A DNA stretch of 60,126 nt, counting the filler, from Basidiobolus meristosporus CBS 931.73 (Eukaryota > Fungi > Basidiobolomycota), in assembly GCA_002104905.1 (NCBI GenBank). It is 3 parts of 3 records of this genome, joined end to end, with 100 filler letters (N's around TTAATTAATTAA, not from the genome) between each part and the next. Parts side by side here need not be neighbours in the genome. Positions count along the whole stretch, not along the records: positions 44,143 to 60,126 come from MCFE01001137.1; 2 more parts are not named here. The stretch is one strand, 5' to 3'. The notes under the pieces were generated by a model, which was not told the DNA's origin, made no database searches, and saw nothing but the letters and a program-made list of their open reading frames with translations. The translations under genes were made by a program, and so were the position numbers. Positions 48,842 to 60,126 of this stretch are shown here, one piece after another. Numbering within the stretch: position 1 is the first letter of the stretch; each line of letters opens with the position of its first letter.

Positions 48842-49559
48842 GTCGATATATGGCCAAAGAGGAGGGTCGGGAGTGAAGGATTCGGTGGGAGGTAGCCCTA
48901 AACCAGGATTGAACTTCCCTACTTATACTGAACTGGAAGCTCACCAATATGAGACAGTGTAGCATGCTACGTTGCTGTTTTTATCAGCATTGCGGGTAGC
49001 AGGAGTAGGAAAAGTGGTGCTTGCAGGAAGCATTGAAGGAATGTGAAGATACATGTTGGTCCAGTTGAATATGGTTTCGAAACTGTAAGGCTTGATCGAG
49101 TCAATGAATAGACTTTTGATACAGTATGGCCAGAATAGGGGTAAATCTACCGCGTTTGAATCAGGTTATGCCGGTTTCAGGGTTAGCTGGCCAATAGCAG
49201 AAAAGGGTCGTTTGGTTTGCATTTAGCGCACCAGTGTGGTCAGTATCAATTGTTAGAATGTAAAGGGTCCCTCAGAGCGTGAGTGCCTCTTCTGCGAGTA
49301 CCGCGACGTGAACTTGTCCCTGAGTCTGAGCCTGAAAAGACGGTGGCCTTGTCCAGAAGTGTTCCACATTCCCCTGTTTATTCCTGGTGTGTAACTTTGA
49401 GGTGAGGACCTTTCCCTCTAACACCTCCATGATCTCAACGGTGTTGTACCAGATGTTGGAGAATAGCCCCCTCTCAACAGACGTCACAGTGAAGATCAGT
49501 GAGCCCACCTGGTTATAGCCTGTAGTTGAGTGGGCGTGCTGCAAATCTTTGTCCAAATC

Positions 49560-49870
49560 ATTACATCAACTTCATCATTTTGATCATATATCGTGAAATT
49601 TACTATTTCCTGGCAAAGCTCCTCACTAGGATTTGCTTAACAAATTTTCATGTTCTGAGCACCTGACTCGATGGTGAAAAGTTGTCCAAAAGCGCCTCAG
49701 CCTTTACACAAATGCTTTTGGACCTTCCGGGACATATCCAGTACAATATCTTGTGCCAAGACCATGCCAAAGTATATACTAACACATGTATATTGAATAA
49801 ATCAATAATTGAAAGCTGTATAATTTATTTGATCTCCTAAATACCTCTAAAACCTCCAAGACTCTCACAA
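49560..49870 (+). repeat. Very old copia LTR relic
   Basis: aaaagttgtccaaaag, ggaccttcc, gccaagaccatgccaaagtata, aataaat and cctccaagactctcacaat blocks. Confidence 0.6.
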
Positions 49871-50320
49871 TGATTCGAAGTATTATCTGTAGGCCAAACC
49901 ATCCTTATACATGATGAATATGTGAAGCACTAATATATAAGGAACTCCAAGTGAATGGCATACATCAAAAGCTATAAGCTGGAGAAAGATGATTTATCAA
50001 AGTATTGTAGATACTTGCTTACACTCATATTACTCAAATACCCTATGTTTTTGCTTAGCTCATTGCTAATCACTAGGCCATTAAATCAAAGGTTCGGAAT
50101 ATCCTTTGGTGCCCCTACTGCTTTGTACCAGCGCCCCAGAACAATTAGCGCGGAAGTATTCTTTGAGTAATCGTGGAAGACAGTTGACCACGATACATAG
50201 CACCATCCACTCGACCGCATGCAACGTTGTTATCAGGAGCAACAAGGAACACGCTGAATACGCTATTAATGTAGCTGTCGAAACCAGCAGTGCACTTTTT
50301 CAACATATATGCTTCTCGTC

Positions 50321-50475
50321 TTCTTCATTCAATTGATTTTGCCATAGCATGACTCGAATTCTTCATTCAATTGATTTTGCCATAGCATGACTCGAATTCT
50401 TCATTCAATTGATTTTGCCATAGCATGACTCGAATTCTTCATTCAATTGATTTTGCCATAGCATGACTCGAATTC
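50321..50475. repeat. Perfect tandem repeat, 4 x 38 bp plus 3 bp
   Basis: Unit ttcttcattcaattgattttgccatagcatgactcgaa at 50321, 50359, 50397 and 50435, with no spacers. Confidence 0.97.
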
Positions 50476-50631
50476 AATACGAGGTCAACATGATCTAGAG
50501 ATTTTATTCGCCTATGAGATCAAAATAATCTCTAGTCGATGATGGATGAACACAGTTCCCATGTTTGTGACAAATTCAAATGCATGTGTATTGGACTCTG
50601 ATGATAACCAAAGCATAGGGTTGAGAAAACT

Positions 50632-51894
50632 CTATACCTTAAGATTGAAGAACTGATCACGAATCTGTATAGCTCGAGAAACTCCTTCAACGAAGACACC
50701 GTCCATGCCAAGCTCGAAGAAGTAACCAAGCTCTTGGCTACGAGTGAAGGTAGCGCATTTTACAATGCACCCAAGCTGGGAGGGCTCATGGCCATCATAG
50801 AACGTATAGCCAACTGCACGTAGATTACGCTTGTGGATTTGATCAATCAGCTTACGAGGCTGGATGTAGCCTCCATGTTGCCTCACCACCTTTTGCTCGA
50901 TTTCAATCTTCTTGGACTTCAAGATATCCTCCATGTTCGAGTAGAAGAACTCCTTCCAGGGCCCTACATATGTGGCAAAAGTGGCAATATCATCCAGTCC
51001 TTTCGGTGTCAAGGCCAGACCATTGGCCATGACCAATACCAGGACATCGTGGTCAGAGTTCTGACCCAAGTATCTGGCAGATTCCACTTCAAAATTCTGT
51101 AATACCACATGACCACGAGGAACGGCAACATTGTCATCGCGGATGATATGGGTGGTATTCTTGATCTGGCTTTGATGCCGAGGGTAGCCGAATTTCTCAA
51201 GCGTATCCAAGACCAGGTTTTCGAAGTAATGGGGCGTGTGGCTTTGTAATTTGTTGTTGTGGTCGGGATGCTTCAACTCGGGTACAATCCCTTATTAGAC
51301 AATGATCAGGAATGATTAGACCATGCGTATTCGTTGTACTATCAAACTGGGCTTACCAATTGGACGATTGAGCCTAACCGAAAGGTTTTGCACAAGCGTG
51401 AGGTACTCCTCGAAAGTAGGCATTTCGAAGATGTTGTCGAAATAGAGTGGGCGCACCCCCACTTTGGCTTGGCGAACCTTCAGGGTCTTAAGTTCGGCTA
51501 GGGTGAAATCCTCAATGAACCAGTTGTTGGTGAGTGTGGTTTGGATTCCATCCAATACGTCCGTCAGGTTACGCTTTCTATTGGCAAATTCCGGATGATC
51601 AGCGATGTCTGTAGTGGCCGATAGCGACAAATCATGGTTACAAATCAAATGGCCATCTTTGGTGAGAGTGAGGTCTGGCTCCACATAATCTGCACCCTCG
51701 ATAGCTGCCAAGTAGTAGGATCCCAATGTGTGCTCTGGCATGATTGCTTTTTCGCCCCGATGACCAAAGACCAAACTTGGCTTGCCATCCAAAGTCTTCC
51801 ACTTCTGAGAGTGACGGTATCCAGTAGGGGCTGCATTCGAGAAGGAAAGCGCCGAGATGGAGAGAAATCCTGCAATGGCAGTCTTTAGAAGCAT
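50632..51894 (-). CDS. Secreted glycerophosphodiester phosphodiesterase (GlpQ-like GDPD); 2 exons
   Basis: Signal peptide MLLKTAIAGFLSISALSFSNA; HRG..PEHTLGSYYLAAIEGADYVEPDL..TKDG.LICNHD, EDFTLAELKTL, intron 51291-51356, IVPELKHP, YTF, GMDGVFVE. Confidence 0.92.
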
Positions 51895-53883
51895 TGTTGA
51901 GAAGATATGGAACAAATCTCGAGAGCAGCAGTATTTATATCTTACTAATATTGCTTAACCGCTGCCTTTACCCCAGTCAGGTCAGTTGGTGGCATCAAGT
52001 ATAGATTCAACAGAACATCCTATTTAGCAAGACTTATACAAGATTGGGGCAAACAGTGCCTACGTGAGAGTGAGAAGAGCCCACGTGTTGAAGGCGTGTT
52101 GATCCTCAATTTCTAATCATGGATTGAGTTGTCACTTAGCTATACAGCACATTAGCGAATCAAGCACAAGGAATTTGCCATTCACCACTTATACAACGTA
52201 CAAAATGGATTGTTATTGATGGCTGATTTCCATACCAGACACCTGGATGATCGCCTTAGCTCAAGTGGAGGACACACAAAAAGCCTTACCAATTCTACAC
52301 AATGTTTAACAGGAGAAACCTTCATTCAAGAAATGGAATGTGATTCAGAAATCCACACGAAAGCCACCAGTTGCTGTGCGAAAGCACCTCTACATCGGAG
52401 GAACCAGTTAGGTGATAAATATTGAGACCCAACCAAGCACATATTACCAATTAGGCTTTATTAAGCTAGAACTTACTAAAAGTCCTGGCCTTCCTAGGCG
52501 AATCCATTCTGTACAGATGCTTGATGTACATCACCGTTGGTGGCTGAAACAACTGTAAAATTTTTCCCTTCTTTCTGACAAACTTTAACTCTGATCTTTT
52601 CATTTCTCGCATATCTTTAAACCAGACTGACACCCTTGAGCATCACGTGATCCAAACTCGAACTAATCATTCAGGATTGATCAAACACGTTTCCGTAATC
52701 ACAGTACCTGATTTACCCGATCAGCCTAAAGGATATTATTCCCAACGGTTTCAAGTACAAATTCAATGCGAAATTAATGATTAGGTAACCCTTAAATAAG
52801 TAGTCCGGGTTCCGTTTGACAAACTAACAAGAAACCAGTCCTGAATACTCGTGATGTTGCATGGCCATGGCCATAGCCAAGCTCTTTATTCTTTCTTCAG
52901 TAATAAAATTGGGATTATTATTATTTGTTTACTCCAGCCGGCTTTCACTCGCCCAGAGTATTCTGTTACAACATCTGCCAAGTTTTCAGTTTCCTGGTCG
53001 ATTCCACCTGAAGGATTCAAATAACGTTTCATCTCTGTGTACACCATGGCTCCGCTTGATTTGGGCAAAAGCGAAAATGTCTCTTGTGGGTTGGTTTAGT
53101 TTGGAGAATTGAAAGTCAGAAGCCAACTTATTTTGGAAAGGAGTAATTTGCCATCGTAACCTATTTCAAGCTGAATCCCAATGGGTTTGGCTTGATGTTA
53201 CACACTTAATTAAAGAGGTGGTTTGTTCGGAGTTCATCCTGCTTTATCGAGTAGTGAAGTTACATATGTGCAATGTCTACAATCACATTGTTGCAAGTAT
53301 TGGTTCTCGGTAGGTACTGCAGTTAGTAGAGGCCTAGTTAAGTCTAAAAATGCAGGGGAGCTGCTGTGGGGATTCTTTTATCGAAACTGGAAAGTGTATG
53401 ATTTTTGTGTTCCATGCATCTCGGGCAGTGCGGGATGGACCTTATATAAAGACAAGCAATGAGGAAATCCAAAAAGCTGAAGTATGCGGGTAAGCTGTGC
53501 AGAAAAGCAGGTCTTTTTCTTATAGCTATTTTTACTGAAGCCTCAGACACGATCAAACGAAGCACTCAGGGCCGGATCTCTCCTCACTACTGCTTCTGTT
53601 GACTACTTAACGCTTGGATTTCCCATCCCATTTGTATCATAAATCTTCCTGGGTATCACCACTACTCCCTCACCTTGTTGCTTTGTTTGAAAGCTCTCCG
53701 GTATCGGATATTTATTGGAAGATATATATAAGGATCTATCTGTACAGCCGGCGCTTGCAACCCACTTGGATCCTTTTCTCCTCTCCAGCAACGATTTGTT
53801 GAATAGATTGAGGTTGTTTTACCACTGAATCACATACCACATCAAGCGTGATCTTGTGTTCGTGAACGTTGTTAATATTCACC

Positions 53884-54951
53884 ATGAGCATCTCGAAGAT
53901 GTTTAATCTGAAGAAAAACAAATCTTCAGCTCAATACGAAAGGGTTGGCCCTCGTCCCGACAATGGCTACTCGTTTTTTTCGGTCAGGAAGATCATTTTG
54001 CTACAATTGGGAGTGCTACTTATTGGAGCAATATTGTTCAGTCTGGTCTTGTTACACGAATTCAAGGAGGAGATTTTCTGTGATGGAGGTAAGTGTATCA
54101 AACAGTACGGTCTGGCGAAGTAACCTTACTGACTGACTTTTCCAGAATGCCAAACAAATACCAATCCCAGCGATTTTCGGTATACTATCGTTACTGCAGC
54201 AAGCTCAAACCATTTTTGCCCGTTGCTCGGATTTCTTTACTCCCTTCACGACACCAAGATGTTCTTGAAGAAATCGGAGCTGCCTAGAATCGTGGTATAC
54301 GATCTCAATTTGGGGGAGGAGGAGCGCTCCAAATTGCAAGTTCTGAGGGAAAAAGGCTATCTTCACCAATTGAAGGAGTTCGATTTCGCTAAATATCCTC
54401 AATTTTGGGATGTAAACAAGAGCCGAGGTGAATATGGCTGGAAAGCAGGCATTATCAACGAAGTTGCGGACGAGTTTCCTGGGACAATCCTTTGGATGGA
54501 CTCTGGAAACCGAGTGTTTCCTCACTTTCTCCGCAAAGCTGTAAAATACGTCGACGAACATGGATTCTGGAGTCCTGTTAGTAGCGGAAAAGTCAAAGAC
54601 TATACACATCCAGGAGTGTTTGAATACTTCAAGGATCAGATGACAAACTATGCCGAGCTCAGGAACTGCAACGGAGCAATGATTGGTATCAATTCTTTGA
54701 ACCAAACGGTCATGAATTCCCTTGTTCGCCCTTTCAAAGAGTGTGCCTTGATCAAAGATTGCATTGCACCGAAAGGCTCAAGTAGGGCCAATCATCGTCA
54801 AGACCAAGCGATATTGACTTATCTAGTTCATGTAAACGAATGGCGCTGTAATTCAGAAGGTTGGACCGGCTTCTTGATCCATCAGGATGGAGATTGTGAG
54901 GAACGCATCCAGCAACATGAGAGTCGTACGGCAAGTTTGAGAGGTGTTTAG
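53884..54951 (+). CDS. DUF1647-like type II membrane protein, putative glycosyltransferase; 2 exons
   Basis: N-terminal TM helix, intron 54089-54145, then TIVTAASSNHF, IVVYDLNL, FDFAKYP, YGWKAGII, ILWMDSG, ECALIKDCIAP.GS...NHRQDQAILT. Confidence 0.82.
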
Positions 54952-55458
54952 AGTGGTTGCTGTATCTTTGTGAATACCCACCAACAATTATCTCTGACGC
55001 TATTTGTCTATAAAGTTCCAATTTGTCACTAGGAAAATTCAAATAAATGAAAATAACTTTTCAATTGTAAACAGAACAAACGTATGTCCATCATCTTGTG
55101 TAAATGCTCAGTTAAAAAATCATGGCCTGATAGCGGCCCTCCAGATTAGCCTAATTCTTGATTAAATTAACCTGATGCATGGCTTGGCTCTTGTGGAATT
55201 TCTCGATCGAAGTGATATTATTTATATGGAAATCAATGCAGTATATTACTTTTAATCAAACAATCAGTTTCAAATATGACATACTACATAGTTGCCAAGC
55301 TTAGCCTACTGCCCAGAGTTGATCAGAATAAATTGATCATTACTGAATTCAATGACTGTTCCCTCGCCCGCAACGATTGCTCGTATTTTTTACAATTCCA
55401 GCGGTCACTTGGTCATTATAACCTTTAACTTCTTTTTCTCGGCCAGCCTTATCTACAG

Positions 55459-56832
55459 ATGGAGCCGGAAGTTAAATCCAAAAAGCCAGCAAGTAGGTTT
55501 CTTTCGAAGTATTAAGTCTTCTTTCCGTTCTTTAACTCGCGTACTTCAACAGATACTGCTTTCAAGCAGCAAAGATTAAAGGCCTGGCAACCAATTCTCA
55601 CTCCTAAAACTGTCCTCCCCACTTTGTTTATCGTTGGAATTATTTTCGCTCCTATTGGTGGTTTGCTGCTATATGCCAGTGACAACGTTCGTGGCCTTGC
55701 TCTTCTCGGTCTAGATTGGCTTTTATTGACATTACCTTGCATAGGTCAACGAGTTAACGATAGATTATACTAACTGTATCAATGCTGGTGCTACTTTCCA
55801 AAATATTCCGAAATCCGACTTCTCCGCCTCTTTCAGCAAAGCTGGTCAAATGTCTGTACCCCAATATCGAGTAGAAAGCGCATTGCTTCGTGGAGGCAAT
55901 CCGAATATCCTAAAAGCCTACCAGTGCCACATTCAATTTGAAATCCCCAAAGATCTCAAGCCTCCAGTTTTCATGTATTATCGTCTGACCCACTTTTTCC
56001 AAAATCATCGTCGCTACGTCAAAAGCTTTGATGTTGAACAATTGAAAGGTTCTGCCCTCAGCGCCGGCACTCTGTCCGGAGGAAGCTGCGATCCGTTAGC
56101 CGTTGCCGCGGCACCAACCCCCGAGGATCCAAATAGAAAATTGCCGATATATCCCTGTGGACTGATAGCTAACTCGATGTTTAATGGTATGCATAGTTAT
56201 ATCTCGTTGCCAGAAGGACGCACCAACTTACTTTTGCTATGACAGATACTATATACGACTTGACCCTTGACCCTAATGGCGCTAAACAGCCATATACCTT
56301 CAGTGCCAATGGAATTGCTTGGAAATCGGACTCCGCTAAATACAAGAAAACCAGCTACAAACCGAATGAAGTCCTTCCACCTCCTAACTGGGCCAAACAG
56401 TACCCTAATGGAACGTACACGGATGCTTATCCACCCCCTGATATTTCCACTGACGAACATTTCCAAGTTTGGATGAGAACCGCCGGTTTACCCAATTTCC
56501 GAAAACTCTACGGCCGCAACGAAAACGAACCGATGAAGAAGGGGTTGTATGAGGTAACAATTGAGATGAATTTCGATGTAACTCGCTTTGGTGGATCAAA
56601 GGCCATTGTTATTTCCACGGTCTCATTCCTCGGAGGCAAGAATCCATTCCTTGGAATCGCATACATTGTCGTGGGGTGTGTTTGTGTCTTATTGGGCTGT
56701 ATATTCACTGCACGACACCTGTATAAACCTCGTAAACTTGGGGACCATTCTTACTTATCCTGGAATCAAAACAACGGGCCATCCTCATCTGCAGCTATTG
56801 GCGCGCAGGGCTTTAATCTGTCTGAACGCTAA
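55459..56832 (+). CDS. CDC50: CDC50/LEM3 family flippase beta subunit; 4 exons
   Basis: [92 protein letters not shown]. Introns 55493-55552, 55687-55744 and 56187-56245. Confidence 0.96.
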
Positions 56833-57251
56833 GGCGGCCACGCACATATCCTTACTCATTCATTACCATTCTCAATCAGTAATGTTTCCTCAACTGAATT
56901 ATCCGTGTTTTTGAAAATGTTTTTGTGATTTCCTTGGTTTTCTCGTATGTACAATGAAAGTATTAAGGATTCATTCTATCCTACTTGTTCAACATGTCAC
57001 CCGGAAGGATATAGATGAGGGATGGAAGCATTGTTCCAACTTTCTTTGTTGTTTTTCCTCATCATTCAATAGCTATCTAATAAACGTGAAATACAGGTTT
57101 CATAGCCAGAAGTGTGTTCTATAATAGTGGATTTATTTCAAGGCAACGAGACCTTGTCTTTCGCAACAAATTTCCTGGAATAAAAGGAATCTTGATGGGT
57201 AGGACTTGGATAAATTTGTTCCGTTTATATACTCCTGATTGTTCCATTCAC

Positions 57252-57902
57252 TTAACTGAAGAATGTGATCAAACTGAACACAAGAGCCAACCCAAGGCTG
57301 GGAATGATTGCTTGAGAATTTCCGCTTGACTGTTTGGCGGATGCAACCTGACCAGTACTAGGTTTCGCGCCAGCAACGCTGAGAGTGCTGCTTGGTTTGC
57401 TACTTCCACTTGCTGCGGCAGGAGCGGAGGCTGCTGTGGCTGAGTTGGTTGCACTGGTACTTGCGGCTGATGGAGTTCCACTTGCTGAAGAGCTGCCAGC
57501 AGGAGCGGCACCATTGCCTGCGCCGCCATCAGTTCCAGCAGCAGTGATCTCGAAGTATGGGCTGTATGCGACATTTGGTGGGGAGCCAAAGCGAATGGCA
57601 TACTCCTTGCCCGGGGGAATGGTGGCTGGGATGCTCCAGGAGTACTGGCCGGCTGCTGAGTCGGTGTTGGGTGCGATGGGACCAACTAGCTGAAGGGCAG
57701 TCAAAGGACCACTCATAAGGTCGATGTTGAAGGTGGCAGGCATGGGTGACCCATCCCCATTGTCAGTCCAAGTGATGATATGAGTCGATCCAGCAGGCCA
57801 GGCATTTCCCAAGGGACCGGTGATGGCTACTCCAGCATCGACATACTTTGCTGCGATAGCCAAGACAAGAAGAGCAGAAGTGGAGAAAGATGGAAGTTTC
57901 AT
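57252..57902 (-). CDS. Kre9/Knh1-like Ser/Thr-rich GPI-anchored cell-wall protein, paralog 1
   Basis: Signal peptide; AITGP...W.AG....ITWTD...F.IDLM.G...YSWSIP......Y.IRF......YSPYF.I; Ser/Ala/Thr stalk; hydrophobic C-terminal tail. Confidence 0.85.
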   Translation of the reverse strand: MKLPSFSTSALLVLAIAAKYVDAGVAITGPLGNAWPAGSTHIITWTDNGDGSPMPATFNIDLMSGPLTALQLVGPIAPNTDSAAGQYSWSIPATIPPGKEYAIRFGSPPNVAYSPYFEITAAGTDGGAGNGAAPAGSSSASGTPSAASTSATNSATAASAPAAASGSSKPSSTLSVAGAKPSTGQVASAKQSSGNSQAIIPSLGLALVFSLITFFS

Positions 57903-58288
57903 TCTAATTCAGTTGTTCAGTATGATATGGATTTGGTCCACACCGAGGGGAATTTTATATGGTTGACTGTCACCGACACAAAACGAGATTTGTTTTCAAA
58001 CTACATGTATGCATGCATAACCACGAGAAATTACATGACTTGTGTGGAGAAAATTCCTATGAACCTTTGAAAACACCTTATGAAACTTGCGATCTTAATT
58101 CTCATGATGCTAAACGTTAGCGGCAGGTCAGCTATTTGAGGATATGTATGCAGATGTCTGGCGATGTGAACGGCTCCTGCCAAGTAAATCATGGTTTTCA
58201 AGAAACTGGTAATTATTATCTCAATTGATTAATTTATTTCATTTCTTTATCAGTGGGAATCAAGTTTGCTGCATCACATCTATACAAT

Positions 58289-58969
58289 TTAGGCAAAAAG
58301 GGCAGTTGCCGAGCTGAGCACAAGTGCAAATCCTAAGCTCGCGAACAAGTTTAGGGTGTTGCCGCTATTTTGTTTGATAGCTGTGACCTGTCCAGTTGGT
58401 GTAGACTTGACACCACTGATACTTTGAGCACTTGTTCCTAATGGTTTAGCAACTCCACTGGTGCTGGCTGGAGTAGTAGCCGATGTAGCTGATGTAGCTG
58501 ATGTAGCCGAGTTGGTTGCCCCAGTACTTGCAGCTGATGGAGATCCACTTGCTGAAGAGCTGCCAGCAGGAGCGGCACCACTGCCTGCGCCGCCATCAGT
58601 TCCAGCAGCAGCGATCTCGAAGTATGGGCTGTATGCGACATTTGGTGGGGAGCCGAAACGAATGGCATACTCCTTGCCCGGAGGAATGGTGGCTGGGATG
58701 TTCCAGGAGTACTGGCCGGCTGCTGAGTCGGTGTTGGGTGCGATGGGACCAACTAGCTGAAGAGCAGTCATAGGGCCAGTCATAAGGTCAATGTTGAAGG
58801 TGGCAGGCATGGGTGACCCATCCCCATTGTCAGTCCAAGTGATGATATGAGTCGCTCCAGCAGGCCAGGTATTTCCCAAGGGACCGGTGATGGCTACTCC
58901 AGCATCGACATACTTTGCTGTGATAGCCAAGACAAGAAGAGCAGAGGTGGAGAAAGATGAGAGTCTCAT
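58289..58969 (-). CDS. Kre9/Knh1-like GPI-anchored protein, paralog 2
   Basis: Same architecture with a near-identical N-terminal domain; SAT x3 repeat in the stalk. Confidence 0.85.
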   Translation of the reverse strand: MRLSSFSTSALLVLAITAKYVDAGVAITGPLGNTWPAGATHIITWTDNGDGSPMPATFNIDLMTGPMTALQLVGPIAPNTDSAAGQYSWNIPATIPPGKEYAIRFGSPPNVAYSPYFEIAAAGTDGGAGSGAAPAGSSSASGSPSAASTGATNSATSATSATSATTPASTSGVAKPLGTSAQSISGVKSTPTGQVTAIKQNSGNTLNLFASLGFALVLSSATALFA

Positions 58970-59486
58970 GATAGTAAAGTGAATAATACAAGTGCTTGTA
59001 ATTCAATTGATAGAAGTGATTTCCTCAAATGGAAGAAATCCAGCTATTTATATTCGAATTATCAAACAGGGCGATCAGCAACTCAAGAGATCGCCTGAGG
59101 ATTGTTTTAAATCTGCATGAACACAAGCACTAAAATCGGGAAAACCTACATCAACAACATTAGCGTTACACTAAAGAGATTTCTCAAGCAAGCAGACTTC
59201 AAGCACTGATTAATACTTCACAGACTTCCAGCATTTCTCAATGTCTCTCAGATTCAAGCATTGATTAATACTTCTTAGACAGCATCGGTTGATACTTTTC
59301 AAACTTCAAATGAGATGGTTTGTTTAATACTTTTCAGGGCTCAAATGGGATTAACACCTGTTTGTTACAGTATAAACTTTATTCAAAAGCATCGTGCAAA
59401 TTCGGAATGGGGATACGTAAGTGTTTTAACACTTTGCTGGGAATATTGGAAATATATATTCGTCTAACGTAGTTAGCTTAACACAT

Positions 59487-60083
59487 TTAAGCTAGTAGTA
59501 AGGTGGCCAAACTGAATACAAGTGCCAGCCCAATGCTTGGTACCATTGCTTGCGTATTTGCGCTTGATTGCTTGGTTACTCCAGTAGTCATAGGTTAATA
59601 CTACTAGTGATCTGAGTAGCAGCTGGCTTAGCGCCTCCATGTGAAGCAGTTGCAGTTGAGCCGGCTGCTGGTTTAGTAGCAGAAGTAGCAGCGCCACCAC
59701 CGGCCCCGCCATCAGCTCCAGCAGCAGCGATCTCGAAGTATGGGCTGTATGCTACATTTGGTGGGAGCCGAAGCGAATGGCATACTCCTTGCCGGGGGAA
59801 TGGTGGCTGGGATGCTCCAGGAGTACTGGCCGGCTGCTGAGTCGGCATTGGGTGCAATAGGGCCAACTAACTGAAGAGCAGTCATAGGGCCAGTCATAAG
59901 GTCAATGTTGAAGGTGGCAGGCATGGGTGACCCATCCCCGTTATCAGTCCAAGTGATGATATGAGTCGATCCAGCTGGCCAGGTGTTTCCCAAGGGACCG
60001 GTGATGGCTACTCCAGCATCGACATACTTTGCTGCGATAGCCAAGACAAGAAGAGCAGAGGTAGAGAAGGATGAGAGTCTCAT
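59487..60083 (-). CDS. Kre9/Knh1-like GPI-anchored protein, paralog 3 (three apparent single-base deletions, probably read errors)
   Basis: Adding one base in each of three homopolymer runs (about 59792, 59765, 59594) gives a full frame ending ...VPSIGLALVFSLATLLLA*. Confidence 0.75.
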
Positions 60084-60126
60084 GATAGTAGAGTAAGTAA
60101 TTGAGGAGATAGTAGGTTTGAGGTAC

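Noticed and set aside
50321-50475. CRISPR-like array (38-bp repeats)
   Set aside because: Units are directly adjacent with no spacers, there are no cas genes, and the context is eukaryotic.
52886-53068. 60-aa minus-strand ORF in the GDPD-DUF1647 intergenic region
   Set aside because: No recognisable motif, clear start context or splice partners; cannot be supported.
59590-59800. Frameshifts in the third Kre9-like paralog
   Set aside because: Three single-base homopolymer deletions near the end of the sequence, with no stops or other decay; likely sequencing error, although raw reads are needed to exclude recent pseudogenisation.

Overview
Eukaryotic, intron-containing fungal DNA. The gene set and retroelement types suggest an early-diverging fungus (inference). 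The window is three contigs joined by artificial 100-bp spacers (N44-TTAATTAATTAA-N44 at 19244-19343 and 44043-44142), so no synteny can be read across them. Contig 1: 10.7 kb of CpG-depleted nested transposon debris, then MOCS2A, CWF19L1/Drn1, She4/UNC-45 and the 5' part of BRR2. Contig 2: almost entirely a nested transposon mosaic of Ty1/copia copies, a two-gene CMC/En-Spm-type DNA transposon with CCC termini, Ty3/gypsy remnants and several solo LTR families. Contig 3: the youngest copia 3' half and LTR relics, then a secreted protein resembling an actinobacterial glycosidase accessory domain, a GlpQ-like GDPD, a DUF1647-like protein, CDC50/LEM3 and three tandem Kre9/Knh1-like GPI proteins. 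The most striking observations are: (1) a solo-LTR family whose three insertions all have 4-bp target duplications centred on CpG, all inside other transposons; (2) a perfect 277-bp inverted patch shared by two otherwise diverged LTRs 12 kb apart; (3) an intronless candidate horizontally acquired secreted domain; (4) a CMC transposon with divergently oriented genes. All family assignments come from motif recognition by eye, with no database search. No RNA genes or CRISPR arrays were found.
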